A stretch of DNA of 64,000 nt from Octopus vulgaris (GCA_951406725.2 OX597819.1:4526001-4590000), one strand, 5' to 3'. Positions 25,688-38,940 are shown, numbered from the stretch's first letter. The notes: a model not told the origin generated them from the letters alone. Numbers and translations: made by a program.

Positions 25688-28389
25688 TGCCTTAACTTAT
25701 AATACAAATCAGGAAAGACTAAATTTCCTTGTCAGATATTTCAACGGTTTATTTCTCTGTTAATTCATTTGAAATTATTACATTTTGTTTATTGTCTTAG
25801 TAAACATCTTCAACCTCTTTAATTTCTTGCTCACATCTTAACTGACACACACCTCTCCTATTTACGCAACTGAAACATATTTACGAAGCTGCTAAAATTT
25901 CTTTGCCTAATCTGCTGTTGTTCGTGCCACAAGCTGATCAACGTATGCAGAAACCTACGGGAATAAACCCCACTCTCTGTCGAGCTGTAAAAATATAAAC
26001 AAAATCTCTCACTAGGTTTTTCTTCTGATTCTAGACTAATCAGATTATATTATGTTTGTTAACTTGCTACTATATACTTGTTTCATTTACACACCAAGTT
26101 CTACTGAATATTTCACGCACGCATACACACACATGTATTCTTTTTCTTCTGGTTCCTATACACAGTCTCTTAATATAATAATCTCGTTGCTTTGCCTCAC
26201 CTGAAACTTCTTAACACGCTCATATCGTTTTTTATCAGCTGCGCATTCGCAGTACAAAGGATTGCAAAACTTAATCTTCCATGCATTTTTTTCCTTTCTG
26301 TTGACACCTGGGACAGCCCTCCGGATAAATGACACCATATATACCACTGTACTGTTAATAGAAAATTGTGGTTTTATAGATATATTACGATAGAGTCAGC
26401 ATTAATAATATGCGTAATTGCAACAAAAAAATATGCGTAAATCTCTTCTTATTTGTAAAAATATTTGGCAACTACGTCTGCCGTGTTAGGTCTAAAACGA
26501 CTGAAACGTTCTAGGAACTACCTCCATTCTTGTCAACAAAAGATCTGATTTTTCTCTCAGAGAATTATCTTCTGCTAAATTTTCTTTTTCTTGAAATTAT
26601 CTCTCCTTTCCTTTGACAGGTATCAACAGTTGCCGCTAGGCTTTGTTTTCTCTTCCCAATTAAGAAGCAAATTTCAAATCATTCATTGTCTTTTTCTTTC
26701 TTCATCTCTTATTTAGTATATTGTTATTTTGTGCCACTCCTAGCTCATTGTTTGCAATTATACAAATTACTGGTACGAAAATGTTCGTAACTTTTTGCCT
26801 ACAGGTGGTGAAAGTCTCTAACACATTCAACACGGTTATGCGCCGCTGATGCTGTATTTAATGTTTTCTTACTATTTTCCAGTATACCCGACCCAGTACA
26901 TCACCACCTACCTGAATTATATAAGTAGTGATGTACCAAAAGTATTAGTTGCATAAGTGAAATGAAATGGTTTCAAACGGAATTAAAATAGGATTGGCTC
27001 AGCTTCTCGGAAACTCTCTTCTCACTTTTATGCAACTCAATATTTAATTTACTTTGACTATGCACAAACTTAATGCTTTCAGGTTACGTTTTTATATGAA
27101 AACGATCTTTGTGTATAACTGGTTCTTATTTAAATAACTCTAGGGAAATAAAAGGCAAAAATTGACGTTTGGAAGATGGTATATTTTGACTTACACGTAC
27201 ATTTTGTCTGATGCTTAAAGGTAATCAGCCTTGATTTCGGAACAAGGAGGAACTAAATTACATGCTACGATGCAATTAGTTCAGTACTTTAATGCCTCGG
27301 TTATTCCAGATGTCAATTAGAAGAAACTAATAACTCTTAAGAAAAGCCTGTCAAGTAGGCTAAGTGTTTTCAAACTTCAACAGAAGTAAACTTACTCAAT
27401 TGCTGAACGTTATTATACTACAACAGTTTCGCGGTTTATCATCCGTTCCAACAGTTTTCTTCACTTCAAGTAACCACGGTAGAATTTTATTGACCTTCAC
27501 TTATTATTAGATCGATGTTCAATGGCAAAACTTGGTAACTAAAACTTTTATATACATAAATCAATTGTATCTACTTCTAGATCTAGATTGCCATGACATT
27601 GGTATACTATTGGGAGGATATTACGTTGAAAGAGTATATTATTTTTTTGATAATGTATTGACATTCCAGCTATTAGTTTATTACTTCAAATACGTCTTTT
27701 ATCAGAACATTATATATTTCATGTAAGTTCGTGCAGCTGATTGAGCGAGACGACCGAAACCTTTGGCAAACAATATTGTCTTCACATTCCAGTAGAGAAA
27801 TTCTGTTCTACCTACAGGCTTCAACGGCAATTAGGTACAGCTTAGAATATTATTTGCCTGCAATGTGTTACAGTGGAAGACAAATCTCTAACAAACAATT
27901 CAGGAATCAGTGTCAGGACTTCTGAGAAAGTCTCTTGTGATAGCCTAGATTCCTGTGCATTTGGGTATTTTTGTTCCTTTGTCCCCTGAAGTTACTGAAT
28001 AAATAAAATTTAACTTACACACCTTGTGGTGTGTCATTTACACCAATGACTTGTGGTGGGCAGAAATTTCAACTTACGTTTATATCTTTCCCATGGGTAT
28101 TAGCAACGTATTAGCTGCACAAGAGAGAAAACCAATTTGTACAAAAACAAATTGTGCACTCGACTCGTCGGGAAAACGTCTCCCATTCTACATGCAAGCC
28201 ATGTTACTAGCATTGTTGCATAGGAAATTAAAACATGATACGGACATTGCTATTTGGACTATTTACCTTAATACTTGATTGTTTACTTTCAAAACAAATA
28301 ATTAGTGGAAATCATTATTCTTGGACATTATACAAATGGAGAGATATACGAGAAATGTATGATAAATACAACCTCTATTATTTTTTTCT

Positions 28390-28583
28390 TTTATGTTTCA
28401 GTCATCTGACTGCGGTCCTGCAGTAGTACCGCCTTGAAGAATTTTAGTCGAACGATACGGCGCAGGACTTATTTTTGTTTTGTATGGTACTTATTCTATC
28501 GGTTCCTTTGCCGGACCGCTAAGCTACGGGGATGTAAACACAACACCAGTTGTCAAGTTGTGGTGGGGAAACACACATGTGTA

Positions 28584-28629
<46 letters not shown>

Positions 28630-28781
28630 ACGGGATTCATTCAGTTTCCATCTACTAAATCCACTCACAAAGATTTGGTCGGCCCAAGGCTATAGAAGAC
28701 ACTTGCCCAAAGTGCCACGTAGTGGGACTGAACCCTGAACCATGTGGTTGGGAACGAAGCTTTTTACCACACAGCTACGCT
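28390..28781 (-). mobile_element. SINE family A, diverged
   Basis: Colinear with 59208-59621. Confidence 0.85.
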
Positions 28782-29002
28782 TTATTTTGTATGACAAAGC
28801 GAGTTTAATTTACCAGGAATTGTAGCGTAGTGGAAAAAAATCCCAAACAAAATTCAGTTACCTTCTGAATTTAAAATCTATCGAGACTAACTTTACATTT
28901 TCTTTACTTTCCGTAGTCGATGAAATAAAGTAGCGTGAACTGCTTATGTTCCAATACAGTATTCTATATCTAAAATGTGTAATAATAATACAAGAAGATA
29001 TT

Positions 29003-29552
29003 CTTTTCTACTTTAGGCACAAGGCCCGAAATTTTGGGGGAGTGGGATAGTCGATTAGAACAACCACAGTACGCAACTGGTACTTATTTTATCGACGGCA
29101 AAAGGATGAAAGGCAAAGTCGACCTCGGCGGAATTTGAACTCAGAACGTAGCGGTAGACGAAATACCTATTTCTTTACTACCCACGAGGGGCTAAACACA
29201 GAGAGGACAAACAAGGACAGACAAACTGATTAAGTTGATTACATGGACTCCAGTGCGTAATTGGTACTTATTTAATCGACCCCGAAAGGATGAAATGCAA
29301 AGTCGACCTCGGCGGAATTTGAACTCAGAACATAAAGACAGACGAAATACCTATTTCTTTACTGCCCACAAGGGGCTACACACAGGGGGACAAACAAGGA
29401 CATCCAAACGGATTAAATCGATTATATCGACCCCAGTGCGTAACTGGTACTTATTTAATCGACCCCGAAAGGATGAAAGGCAAAGTCGAGCTCAGCGGAA
29501 TTTGAACTCAGAACGTAGCGGCAGACGAAATACCGCTAAGTATTTCGCCCGG
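29003..29552 (-). mobile_element. Tandem trimer of SINE family B body
   Basis: Three roughly 180-bp units, each containing tggtacttat...aaagtcgacctcggcggaatttgaactcagaac...gacgaaatacc. Confidence 0.9.
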
Positions 29553-29616
29553 ATAATACAAAAAGATATTGTTGTCAATATGATAGAGTATGGCATTTAG
29601 TAGATACTGGCATTAA

Positions 29617-29812
29617 AAATTGGCACAAGGCCAGCAATTTAGGGGGAGGGGTTACATCGAACCCAGTGTTCAACTGGTACTTATTTTATCGATCACGAGA
29701 GGATGAAAGGCAGAGTCGACCACGGTGGAATTTGAACTTAGAACGTAAAGATAGACGAAATGTCACTAAACATTTTGCCCGGCATACTAACGATTCCGCC
29801 AGCTTTCCGCCT
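29617..29812 (-). mobile_element. SINE family B
   Basis: Reverse copy with head and core. Confidence 0.85.
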
Positions 29813-29858
29813 TATATTTATTTGACATTATACAACTAATTGTCAATAACTTGAATGA

Positions 29859-30068
29859 GGGCGACGAGCTGGCAGAATTGTTAGAACGCCGGACAAAATG
29901 CTTAACAGCATTTCGTCCGTTTTTACGTTCTGTATTCAAGTGCCACCGGGATAGAATTTGCCGTTCATCTTCTTGGGGTCGATAAAATAAGAACCAGTTA
30001 AGCACTGGGGTTGATATAATCGACTATTCTCTCCCACCAAATTACTGGTCTTGATCCAAAATTTGAAA
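29859..30068 (+). mobile_element. SINE family B
   Basis: ggcgacgagctggcagaattgttag head. Lies head-to-head with the previous copy. Confidence 0.85.
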
Positions 30069-30075
30069 TCAACGA

Positions 30076-32085
30076 CACTGGTCTACAAGGTTTCTGGTGT
30101 TTAGAAAATATACATCATTCCAATACAAAATCTGTCTCCTAAATTCAAATATTACCTTCTTTTTAACCTGTCAGATCTAGTTTTTAAGTTTTTGAACATC
30201 CCTATGGTCACAATGTATATGTACGCGGTGTTCGTTACCTTATTCTAATTCTATGCTTTTTTGCTTTTTCCTTACATTTTAGAAGTTATGGTGAACTAGT
30301 CCTGTTCAAGAAGGTGTTGCGTTAATTCTCCAAATGTGTTTTGTTATGTTTGTGGAGAATACACATTACCTGAAAATCGGAAAAAACATTACTGATTTTG
30401 TTGAAAGAGCAGATATGGCATATTTTGGGGTCAACCTGCGAGACCAAGATACATATTGGGCACAGCATAGTGTCTGCAAACAATGTAAAGAACATTTGCA
30501 ACAATGGACTAAAGGGACAAGGAAAAGTATGAGATTTGCCATATGGCGGGAGCACTATAATCACGTGGAGTTCTATTTTTGTAACCTAGATTTGAAGGGT
30601 ATTAACTGGAAAATCGACAAACGCTTATCTTGCCTAATCTTGCCTCTGCTATTGGACCGGTTCCACACAGTGACGAGCTTTCTGTTCCTGTCTTCAATGT
30701 CTTGCTTCAGATAACTTTACCCTCAACCAAAGAAGATTCATCACCTGAAGTTGACACTAGAGATCAAGACTTTTCAGCTAAGACTTTACCTCAGCTATTC
30801 TTCCAGGTAGAGCTGAATGATTTAGCTCATGACTTAAACCTCCCCATCCCCCAAAAAAATTCTGCAGAATTGTTGGCTTCCCGACTGAAAGAGCAGAAAC
30901 TTCTAAAGAATGGTGTCCGTATAACCTTTTATCAGAGTCGGCATGAAGAGTTCCTTTCTTTCTTCACAAAAGAGGAAGCGCTGGTTTACTGCAGAGATGT
31001 CAGTGGGCTTCGTAATAAACTTGGCATTGAGGAATACAAACCAGAGGAATGGTGTCTTTTCACAGACAGCTCTAAGCGTAATTTAAAATGTATGTTGTTG
31101 TTCAACGGAAATGTGTGTGACTCTGTCCCACTCGGCCACTCAACAACTCTGAATGAAAAATATGAAAAAATTAGGTTGGTTTTAGAGAAGGTACAGTATC
31201 ATGATTATAAATGGGTCATCTGCGTTGACTTAAAGATGGTGAATTTTCTCATGGGACAGCAAACTGGTTATACCAAATACCCATGCTTTCTTTGCATGCG
31301 GAACAGTAGAGACCGAGTAAACCACTCTGTTAAGAAAGACTGGCTGCCTCGAACAAAAGATGCAATGTATTTCCAGACTTGACGATTGTAAAAAAATTAA
31401 AGCAGGGATTTTTGATGGACCACAGATCCGTAAGCTGATGAAGGACACAAATTCTGTGAAAGCGACGAGCGAAAATGAAGCATCAGCTTGGCTAGTCTTT
31501 GCAGAAGTAATGCAAAATCCCCTTGCGAAATACATAAGTGAAAACTATAAAGACCTTGTTACCAATTTGATATCAACCTTTCATGATAGTGGCGCGAATA
31601 TAAGCATCAAAAGGCATTATCTTTTTAGTCATCTTGATCGTTTTCCTGAAAATCTCGGAGATGTTAGCGATGAACAGGGCGAACGATTCCATCAGGACAC
31701 CAAGGAGAGGAAAACTCGGTTGGGACGCTGTGATGACGGCAGACTAAGCCGGTGTTTAAAACGAGATACTCCTGCTAAATATTCATGGTGCACAAAACAG
31801 TGTAAATTTATTCCTTGAATTTTCTTCCAAAATTCTTTGCCAATGTGAATTTTCAGTTTTGAAGTTTTATTTGTACTTTGTTTTGCTTTGTGTTACGCTC
31901 TGTTTATTGATTCATACAATATGTCTTTTGTATGAATAAAATACTTACTATATCAGACTAAGTCAGAAAACTAAGACCTGATAGAGAAAAACTGAAGTCA
32001 TTTTTTAATTTAGCAGGCAAAATCACTTATGAATTCGTTGGAATATTCCAGGCAGCAGACAAAACATTTTTTTTTTTGCCTAGTG
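30076..32085 (+). mobile_element. Chapaev3-like (CMC/Transib-related) DNA transposon with a decayed transposase
   Basis: CAC...GTG termini with degenerate subterminal inverted similarity. Peptides AYFGVNLRDQD.YWAQHSVCKQC, WCLFTDSSKR, WVICVDLK, GYTKYPCFLC, FDGPQIR, SHLDRFPENLGDVSDEQGERFHQD span 3 frames (30334-31818). The superfamily name is from recall of these motifs. Confidence 0.75.
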
Positions 32086-32102
32086 TAATATGATGAACGA
32101 AA

Positions 32103-32294
32103 AAAGTACGCCAGGCAAAATAGTCAGCGGTTTCTCGTCCGTCTTTACATTCTGAGTTCAAATTCCGCCGAGGTCGATTTTGCCTTTCATCCTTTCGCAA
32201 TCGATAAAATAAGTACCAGATGAGTACTGGGGTCGATGTAATCGACTTACCCACTTCCCTGAAATTGCTGGCCTTGCGCTAAAATTTGAAACCA
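32103..32294 (+). mobile_element. 5'-truncated SINE family B with an 18-bp TSD
   Basis: gtaatatgatgaacgaaa at 32085-32102 and 32295-32312. Confidence 0.85.
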
Positions 32295-33143
32295 GTAATA
32301 TGATGAACGAAACTTGAAATAAATGAAAGTAAAATATTCATCTTATCCGTCTTCGTGTTCTGAGCATTTTTACCTCTTGATAATCATATTTTATTGTTTC
32401 ATTTTGGCATTTTACTTCAAAACTCTTTTATTTTCTAAAAATGGGCATTAATTTACTCTTGACACAGAGGATTATGATATTAATATCACTCTTTGCCATA
32501 ATACCATAAATGATCTAGGTTTTAAAGCAAAACCCCCAACTGATAACATCAACCGTATAGTATGAATGTATTAAACGTTAATGCATGATATGAAGTGAAT
32601 CAACAATTTGAGGGTATTATATTTCCAACAGATGCACTGAGTTGCTAAGCGACACGAAGTAGATCATTGATGCAAATCATTAATCTCCTATATCAATAGA
32701 AATCTGTCATGTCTCTGATTACTATGAACCAATGAATCTATGAATTAAAGCTCGGTTAGTCATGTTTTAAGATTTTCAATCGTTGGCTAAATTATGTTTC
32801 TTTTATACGTGATATAGTATACATAAAATTGTGGGTTCTTGCGGTTTAAGCTTTTGTGATTAATGGCATCTATTGATGGGTTATAAACATCATTGATTTT
32901 AAAATAATAGGAAATGAGAGTTCCTATTACATTCTGTTTTCAATCAACAACTGAAGAAATAATAATGTTTCTAAGCAAACTTTGAAACCAATTAACTTAC
33001 CTCCACAAAGTATCCCCAATTGTATAAAGGTTTCTTTAGCCAAAAAATTTAGCCAACTCTATTTTCATATACAATTTTATTAGCAGATGGTCAGTCATAA
33101 AATACAAGTACTAGAAATAAAACATACAAAATTTCGGAAGCGT

Positions 33144-33207
<64 letters not shown>

Positions 33208-33242
33208 TACATTACACACACATAGGTGCGGAAGTAGCAGTG

Positions 33243-33420
33243 TAGGCGCACACGTGGTAGTGTGGTAAGAAGTTTGCTTCTCAACCACATAATTCCGGTT
33301 TCAGTCCCACAGCGTAGCATCTTGGACCAGAGTCTTCTACTATAGAATCGGGTCGGCCAAGGCCTTGTGAGTGAATTTGGTACAAGGAAACTGGAAGAAA
33401 CCCGTCATATGTGTGTGTGT
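33243..33420 (+). mobile_element. SINE family A, 5' half
   Basis: Head and CORE-like segment ending in a microsatellite. Confidence 0.75.
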
Positions 33421-33477
33421 ACATACGAACATGCACGCACGCACAAACACACACACATATATATATACATATTATAT

Positions 33478-34077
33478 ACACCCTATATTATTACTGATAA
33501 CCATATTTCATCCCAGTAAATGACCACAACATCTTGTCTTGGCTACACGCTGATGAGAAGGGGTTGGTGACACAAACTTTCATTCACACTTTGAATTTGG
33601 TGATACTGGTAACGGCTTTAGCTCGCTCTGATACTGAGTTGAGATGATGCCTTCTAGTACCTCGAAATTTAATATACAATTATTCATAATTGTAGTGTCC
33701 TACGCTGATGAGAAAAGAAGCTGGGTAAGACATAATTATCTAATTCTTATGCTTTCCTAAAACTTAATTTCGAAACGTACGTCCGTAGGTGACTTAAAAT
33801 TGTATGATGGATTGCCGTCATTTCTTCCTCTCTTGCCTGTCTGTGTTTGCCTTTCAAGTGCTGTGGTTTTACTGAGATCTCCCTTTTAGTAGAAAGAATA
33901 GCTATAACTCTTTGACTGCTATTTCTAAATTTCGGTGTGTGGTGAGGCAAATCGTTGCTAAACCCTTAATTACTTAGTATTACTTAAACTTTCCTCGAAT
34001 GAGGCTTTTACATGCCGAAATCTACTTGATGAAATTAATGATTATTCCAAATTAATTAATCTCACCCTATATTATTA

Positions 34078-34080
<3 letters not shown>
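33478..34080 (+). mobile_element. Penelope-like pLTR, partial tandem
   Basis: Direct repeat caccctatattattact at both ends, duplicated cgCTGATGAgaa, homology to 10415-10760 and 37668-38040, (TA)n flanks. Confidence 0.7.
33699..33789 (+). ncRNA. Type I hammerhead ribozyme, canonical core
   Basis: cctacg-CTGATGA-gaaa...tttc-GAAAC-gtac-GTC-cgtagg. Stem III is the palindrome ACGTACGT, and loop II is long. Confidence 0.8.
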
Positions 34081-34122
<42 letters not shown>

Positions 34123-34569
34123 GCGCGCACACAAACACACACACACACATGGATGTGACTTTATTGCTAAAGACTTACACTATTTCGCACAGATGTAGCA
34201 ACGATGGCCGCCTATTGCACTCGGTGTTGAGATAGCTTACAGCCCAAACTGACACAACCCTTCATTCTGTCATGGGACGTTTTATTAAGTGATTTATCTT
34301 TTTTAGGCCTACAGCCAACCATATTATGCAACATATGATAGAGATGTTATACATCAAACGATGCTTGTGCACGAAGCCTTTTAAAGGAGGAAAGGCTTGC
34401 ACGGAGCCAATCTCACTCTCTAAACAACTTATGCATTTGCTCAAGAATAACCAGTCTACGTTATTGAATCCCTACAAAGTAACAACGTTCTCTCTCTAAA
34501 GCAATATCTAACTAAACACTGGATGGTCATTCACTTTCATCGATTGGCTGACCGTGAATTCAATTACAT

Positions 34570-34601
<32 letters not shown>

Positions 34602-35148
34602 ACGCACATACACATATACATACATACATACATACATACATACATACATACATACATACATACATACGTACATACATACATACATACATACATACATACA
34701 TACATACATGCATACGTACATACATACGTACATACATACATACATTTATCGTTGATATATCGTTGTGTGGGACCACAAGTTAAGATATGTTCTGCTGTGG
34801 AAATCAGCTGCCCTATGGACACGAATGTAGTTAGAAAAATACAAGAGAAAGAGCACACCTTGTAAATCTAATGCCCAAAATACAGTTTCAGCTTCATACC
34901 TTCCATTATTGGAACAACAAGAAACATACAAGCCCGTCTGGAGCAAAGCATAGCTAAACTTGAGATTTTGGAGAGAGAACACAAATATTTAATTCGTTGG
35001 CTACAAATGATCACGATATCTGGCACTATAAAAATCTGCAAGACTTTCTTAAGATTTAGAGGATGATGGTTAAAAGACACTTTCCTTCATGACCTTGCTA
35101 CCAAGTAGGTAGCAGGTCAAAATTTACTCTAAATTATAAAGAGGAAGG

Positions 35149-35402
35149 TGGAGACGTGTGGTTTAGTGGTTAGGGTGTCAGCACCATGATCGTAAGATTG
35201 TGGTTACGATTCCTGGACAGGGCGACGTGTGTTTTTGAGCAAAACACTTCATTTCGCGTTGCTCCAGTCCACTCAGCTGGCAAAAATGAGTAACGCTGCG
35301 ATGAACTGGTGTCCTGTCCAGCTGGGGAACACATACACCATAGAAACCGGGAAAATGGGCCCATGAGCCTGGCTAGGTTTTAAAAGGGCGCATTTATTAT
35401 TT
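35149..35402 (+). mobile_element. tRNA-derived SINE, family C, full length with a 15-bp TSD
   Basis: ggagacgtgtggtttagtggttagggtg head and (ttat)n tail. TSD attataaagaggaag at 35133-35147 and 35403-35417. Confidence 0.9.
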
Positions 35403-35421
35403 ATTATAAAGAGGAAGTGAA

Positions 35422-35970
35422 CATACGCACATACATACATACATACATACATACATACATACATACATACATACATACACGCATGCATGCATGCATGCAT
35501 GAATACATACATACGCACGTACATACATACATACATACATACATACATACATACATACATACATACATACATGCATGAATACATACATACGCACATACAT
35601 ACATACATACATACATACATACATGCATGAATACATACATACGCACGTACATACATACATACATACATACATACATACATACATACATACATACATACAT
35701 ACATACATGCATGAATACATACATACGCACGTACATACATACATACATACATACATACATACATACATACATACATGAATACATACATACGCACGTACAT
35801 ACATACATACATACATACATACATACATACATACATACATACATACATACATACATGCATGCATGAATACATACATACGCACGTACATACATACATACAT
35901 ACATACATACATACATACATACATACATACATACATACATACATACATACATACATACATACATACATAC
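35422..35970. repeat. (TACA)n array with higher-order units
   Basis: Recurrent spacer atgcatgaatacatacatacgcacgt between (TACA)n runs. Confidence 0.95.
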
Positions 35971-36586
35971 AAATCTGACAATATATGTACGTACATACAA
36001 AAATTACCTGTTGATATTGTTGAAATTCCAATGAAGGCGGCTTAGGTCTTTGTTTGAAACCGATTCTTTCTCTATTAGCAAGAAATTTTGAAATAAAACT
36101 GAAAAATGACATACATATGATAGTGAACAAGAAGAAATTCAGTAATGTTATTTTGCACCTTTAGAATTATTCGAAAATGTTTCTGAAAAATTATTGCAAT
36201 ATGGCATGTTTCGGTTAAAATAGAGCTTGAATGTTGGTATGAAAAAAATGTTCTGTAATTAAGAAAAAAAAAGTGAAGGGAATATTAAAAGTACAAATAT
36301 ATCAGATATCTCCCTCTCTTTACGTTCCATTGTTTTCTCATACTATGAATCTAAAAATCTATGTTGATCCATTCATGCTATATTGTAACAATTGTATTCC
36401 AGAAATATTTATGAAAAATATCATAGATCACAGTTCTAGTATAATAGTTTTACTAGATTTACTCAGCTTCGTCAATGTTCTTCTTCAATGGATTCTGTAT
36501 AAAATATTCTATACATCACAAACATCGTTATCGGTTATAATTTCGTGCATGTGTGTGTGCGTTCGCGCTTGCATATATATATATAT

Positions 36587-36645
<59 letters not shown>

Positions 36646-36752
36646 CATAGATAGATAGATAGATAGCCATACGTACATATACTTATGCACACATGCATAT
36701 ACGTGTGTGTATGTATATTTACACACGTATGTAGCACATAAACTCGAGAATT

Positions 36753-36803
36753 CCTTAAGCTGAACGTTCAGTTTTAGCTATTTCTGTAGCCTCCTCAGTA
36801 AGG
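36753..36803 (-). ncRNA. Degenerate hammerhead motif
   Basis: Minus strand reads cctta-CTGAGGA-ggcta(cagaaa)tagct-AAAA-ctgaacgttcag-CT-taagg. Stems are intact but two core positions are mutated. Confidence 0.45.
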
Positions 36804-36931
36804 ACAGCTTGATCGGCAGATTCCGGGTCAAACCTCTCTTAATATGTATTTACCATAAAAATTTAATGATGATGATTTAGCGAATCACTAATGTGTATAG
36901 AAAAATTAATATAAACGGCCATGCGCAATGT

Positions 36932-37356
36932 GTTACTCTTTTACTTGTTTCAGTCATATGACTAGCCATGCTGGAGCACCGCTTTTAACCAAGCAAATCG
37001 ACCCCAGGACTTATTCTTTGTAAGCCTAGTACATATTGTATCGGTATCTTTTGCCGAACCGCTAAGTTACGGGGACGTAAACACAGCAGCATCGGTTGTC
37101 AAGCGACGTTGGCGGGGGGGGGGAACATAGATACACAAACATATACACGCACATACATATATATATATATACATATATATATATACATATATACGACGGG
37201 CTTCATTCAGTTTCCGTCTACCAAATCCACTCACAAGGCTTTGGTCGGCCCGAGGCTATAGTAAAAGACACTTGCCCAAGGTGCCACGCAGTAGGACTGA
37301 ACCCGGAACCATGTGGCTGGTAAGCAAGCCACTTACCACACAACCACTCCTGCGCC
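36932..37356 (-). mobile_element. SINE family A
   Basis: Full length, inserted into the left arm of a foldback element. Confidence 0.9.
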
Positions 37357-37589
37357 TGTATAGGAAAACTATATAGGAATATTATAATCGTCACTAAACG
37401 TCCCTAAACACTTACATTGCTAGAAATAAGAGCTGATGTTTTGGGCGATTACAGCTCCTGTGAGTATATATGCATACATTTATATGCTTTTCCTACAGCA
37501 TTAGAACATTTTAGCTCTTATTTCTAGCAATGGCGACTAGAGTTTTCCTTTATGGTATCACATTGCGCATGGCTGTTTATATTAATTTT

Positions 37590-37667
<78 letters not shown>

Positions 37668-37672
<5 letters not shown>

Positions 37673-38343
37673 ACAAAGGGTAAAATTAATTAATTAAGAA
37701 GTAATCAATAATTTGACCAAGTAGAATTCAGCATGAAAAAAGACCATTTCACGCTAAACTTAAGTAATACTTTATAATTAGGGTTCAGCAAAGATTTGCT
37801 TTACCACATACCGAAGTTTAGAAATAGCAGTCAAAAAACCTTAGCTATTCCTTCTACTTTAAAAAGGGACTCCCAGAAAAACCAAAATACTTGAAAACAA
37901 TCCACGCAGGCACAGAGGAAAAATAACGAAAATCAATCCATATCTGGTCACCCATGTACGCGCGTTTCGGAATTAGATCGGTATAAAGAATATAGAATTA
38001 TACTTTACCCAACCATTTTCTTCATCAGCATGGGACTCCAACAATATTAAATATTAAATATTAAATTCGGTGGCACTGGAAGAATTGAATATATCTCTCC
38101 ACCTAACGGTATCAGACAGATCACACTCAGTGTTAGTGCCGCCGAATTCAAAATACGAATGAAGGTCATCACCTTCCCCTGCCCATCAGCGCGTGTCGTC
38201 AAGTAAGATACTACAGAAAAAAAACTGTAGTTTGTTATCAAGGAGAAAAATTCCATTACCAATAATAACAAAGAGTAAAATTAATTAAGAAGTAATCAAT
38301 AATTTCACCAAGTAGAATTCAGCATGAAAAAAGACCATTTCAC
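37668..38343 (-). mobile_element. Penelope-like pLTR, partial tandem
   Basis: Direct repeat of about 80 bp at 37668-37752 and 38264-38343. Homologous to 10415-10760. Follows (TA)n. Confidence 0.7.
37951..38034 (-). ncRNA. Type I hammerhead ribozyme, canonical core
   Basis: Minus strand reads cccatg-CTGATGA-agaa...ttcc-GAAAC-gcgc-GTA-catggg. Stem III is the palindrome ACGCGCGT. Confidence 0.75.
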
Positions 38344-38940
38344 AGGACATACACCTATGACGTCATGCACATATTTTATATGAATTTGGTCAGTACCTAA
38401 GTTATAGCTCTTCAAACTACTGTCGACATAAGAGTTTACATTATTCTTCTGAACTTTTGCTCTCTCTTTTCTTTATTCTGTAACTTGTATATATGTAACA
38501 TGTAAATAAATCTCAAACTTGCTTGTGCTTACCTGACTTGCTGTCACCATAACAGCAGGATGAATTTTCTATTTATAGCTGACTTCCCATGCAGAGACAC
38601 CCGCCCTGGATTGAGAGGCTGGAGTTTAAATTGCCATTCAATTGAGCACTACTCTATGTTATCTTTATTAAGCTTATTTTGCTTTCACATACTCATATAT
38701 ATATATATTTTTATATATATATATATATATATATTTAAGTAGGTGAATGAATTATCCTATGTTTATCGTCAGCATGGAACATTCGTTTAACCGAAACCTG
38801 GGTAGCAAATTCACGTCAGAAACACGGTTGAAGCGACTTGTCAAGGGTAGAAACTCCGGGTTCATGTGCAGAAATTTATGTGTTGTATATGAATAAATGA
38901 AAGAATGGAGTCGAACGAAGATGTTAACAAAATTCCTTTA

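Larger units (their letters stand above)
34746..36120 (+). mobile_element. R4/Dong-like REL retrotransposon 3' end, copy 3, with an inserted SINE and a (TACA)n array
   Basis: Remnant IVVWDHKL / KICSAVEISCPMDTNVVRKIQEKE (PD-(D/E)xK-like, frameshifted). Starts right after (TACA)n at 34620-34745 and ends with the shared terminal block plus gacatacata. Confidence 0.7.

Noticed and set aside
29003-29552. Regularly spaced repeats suggesting a CRISPR-like array
   Set aside because: The units are tandem SINE bodies with no unique spacers, in a eukaryotic context.
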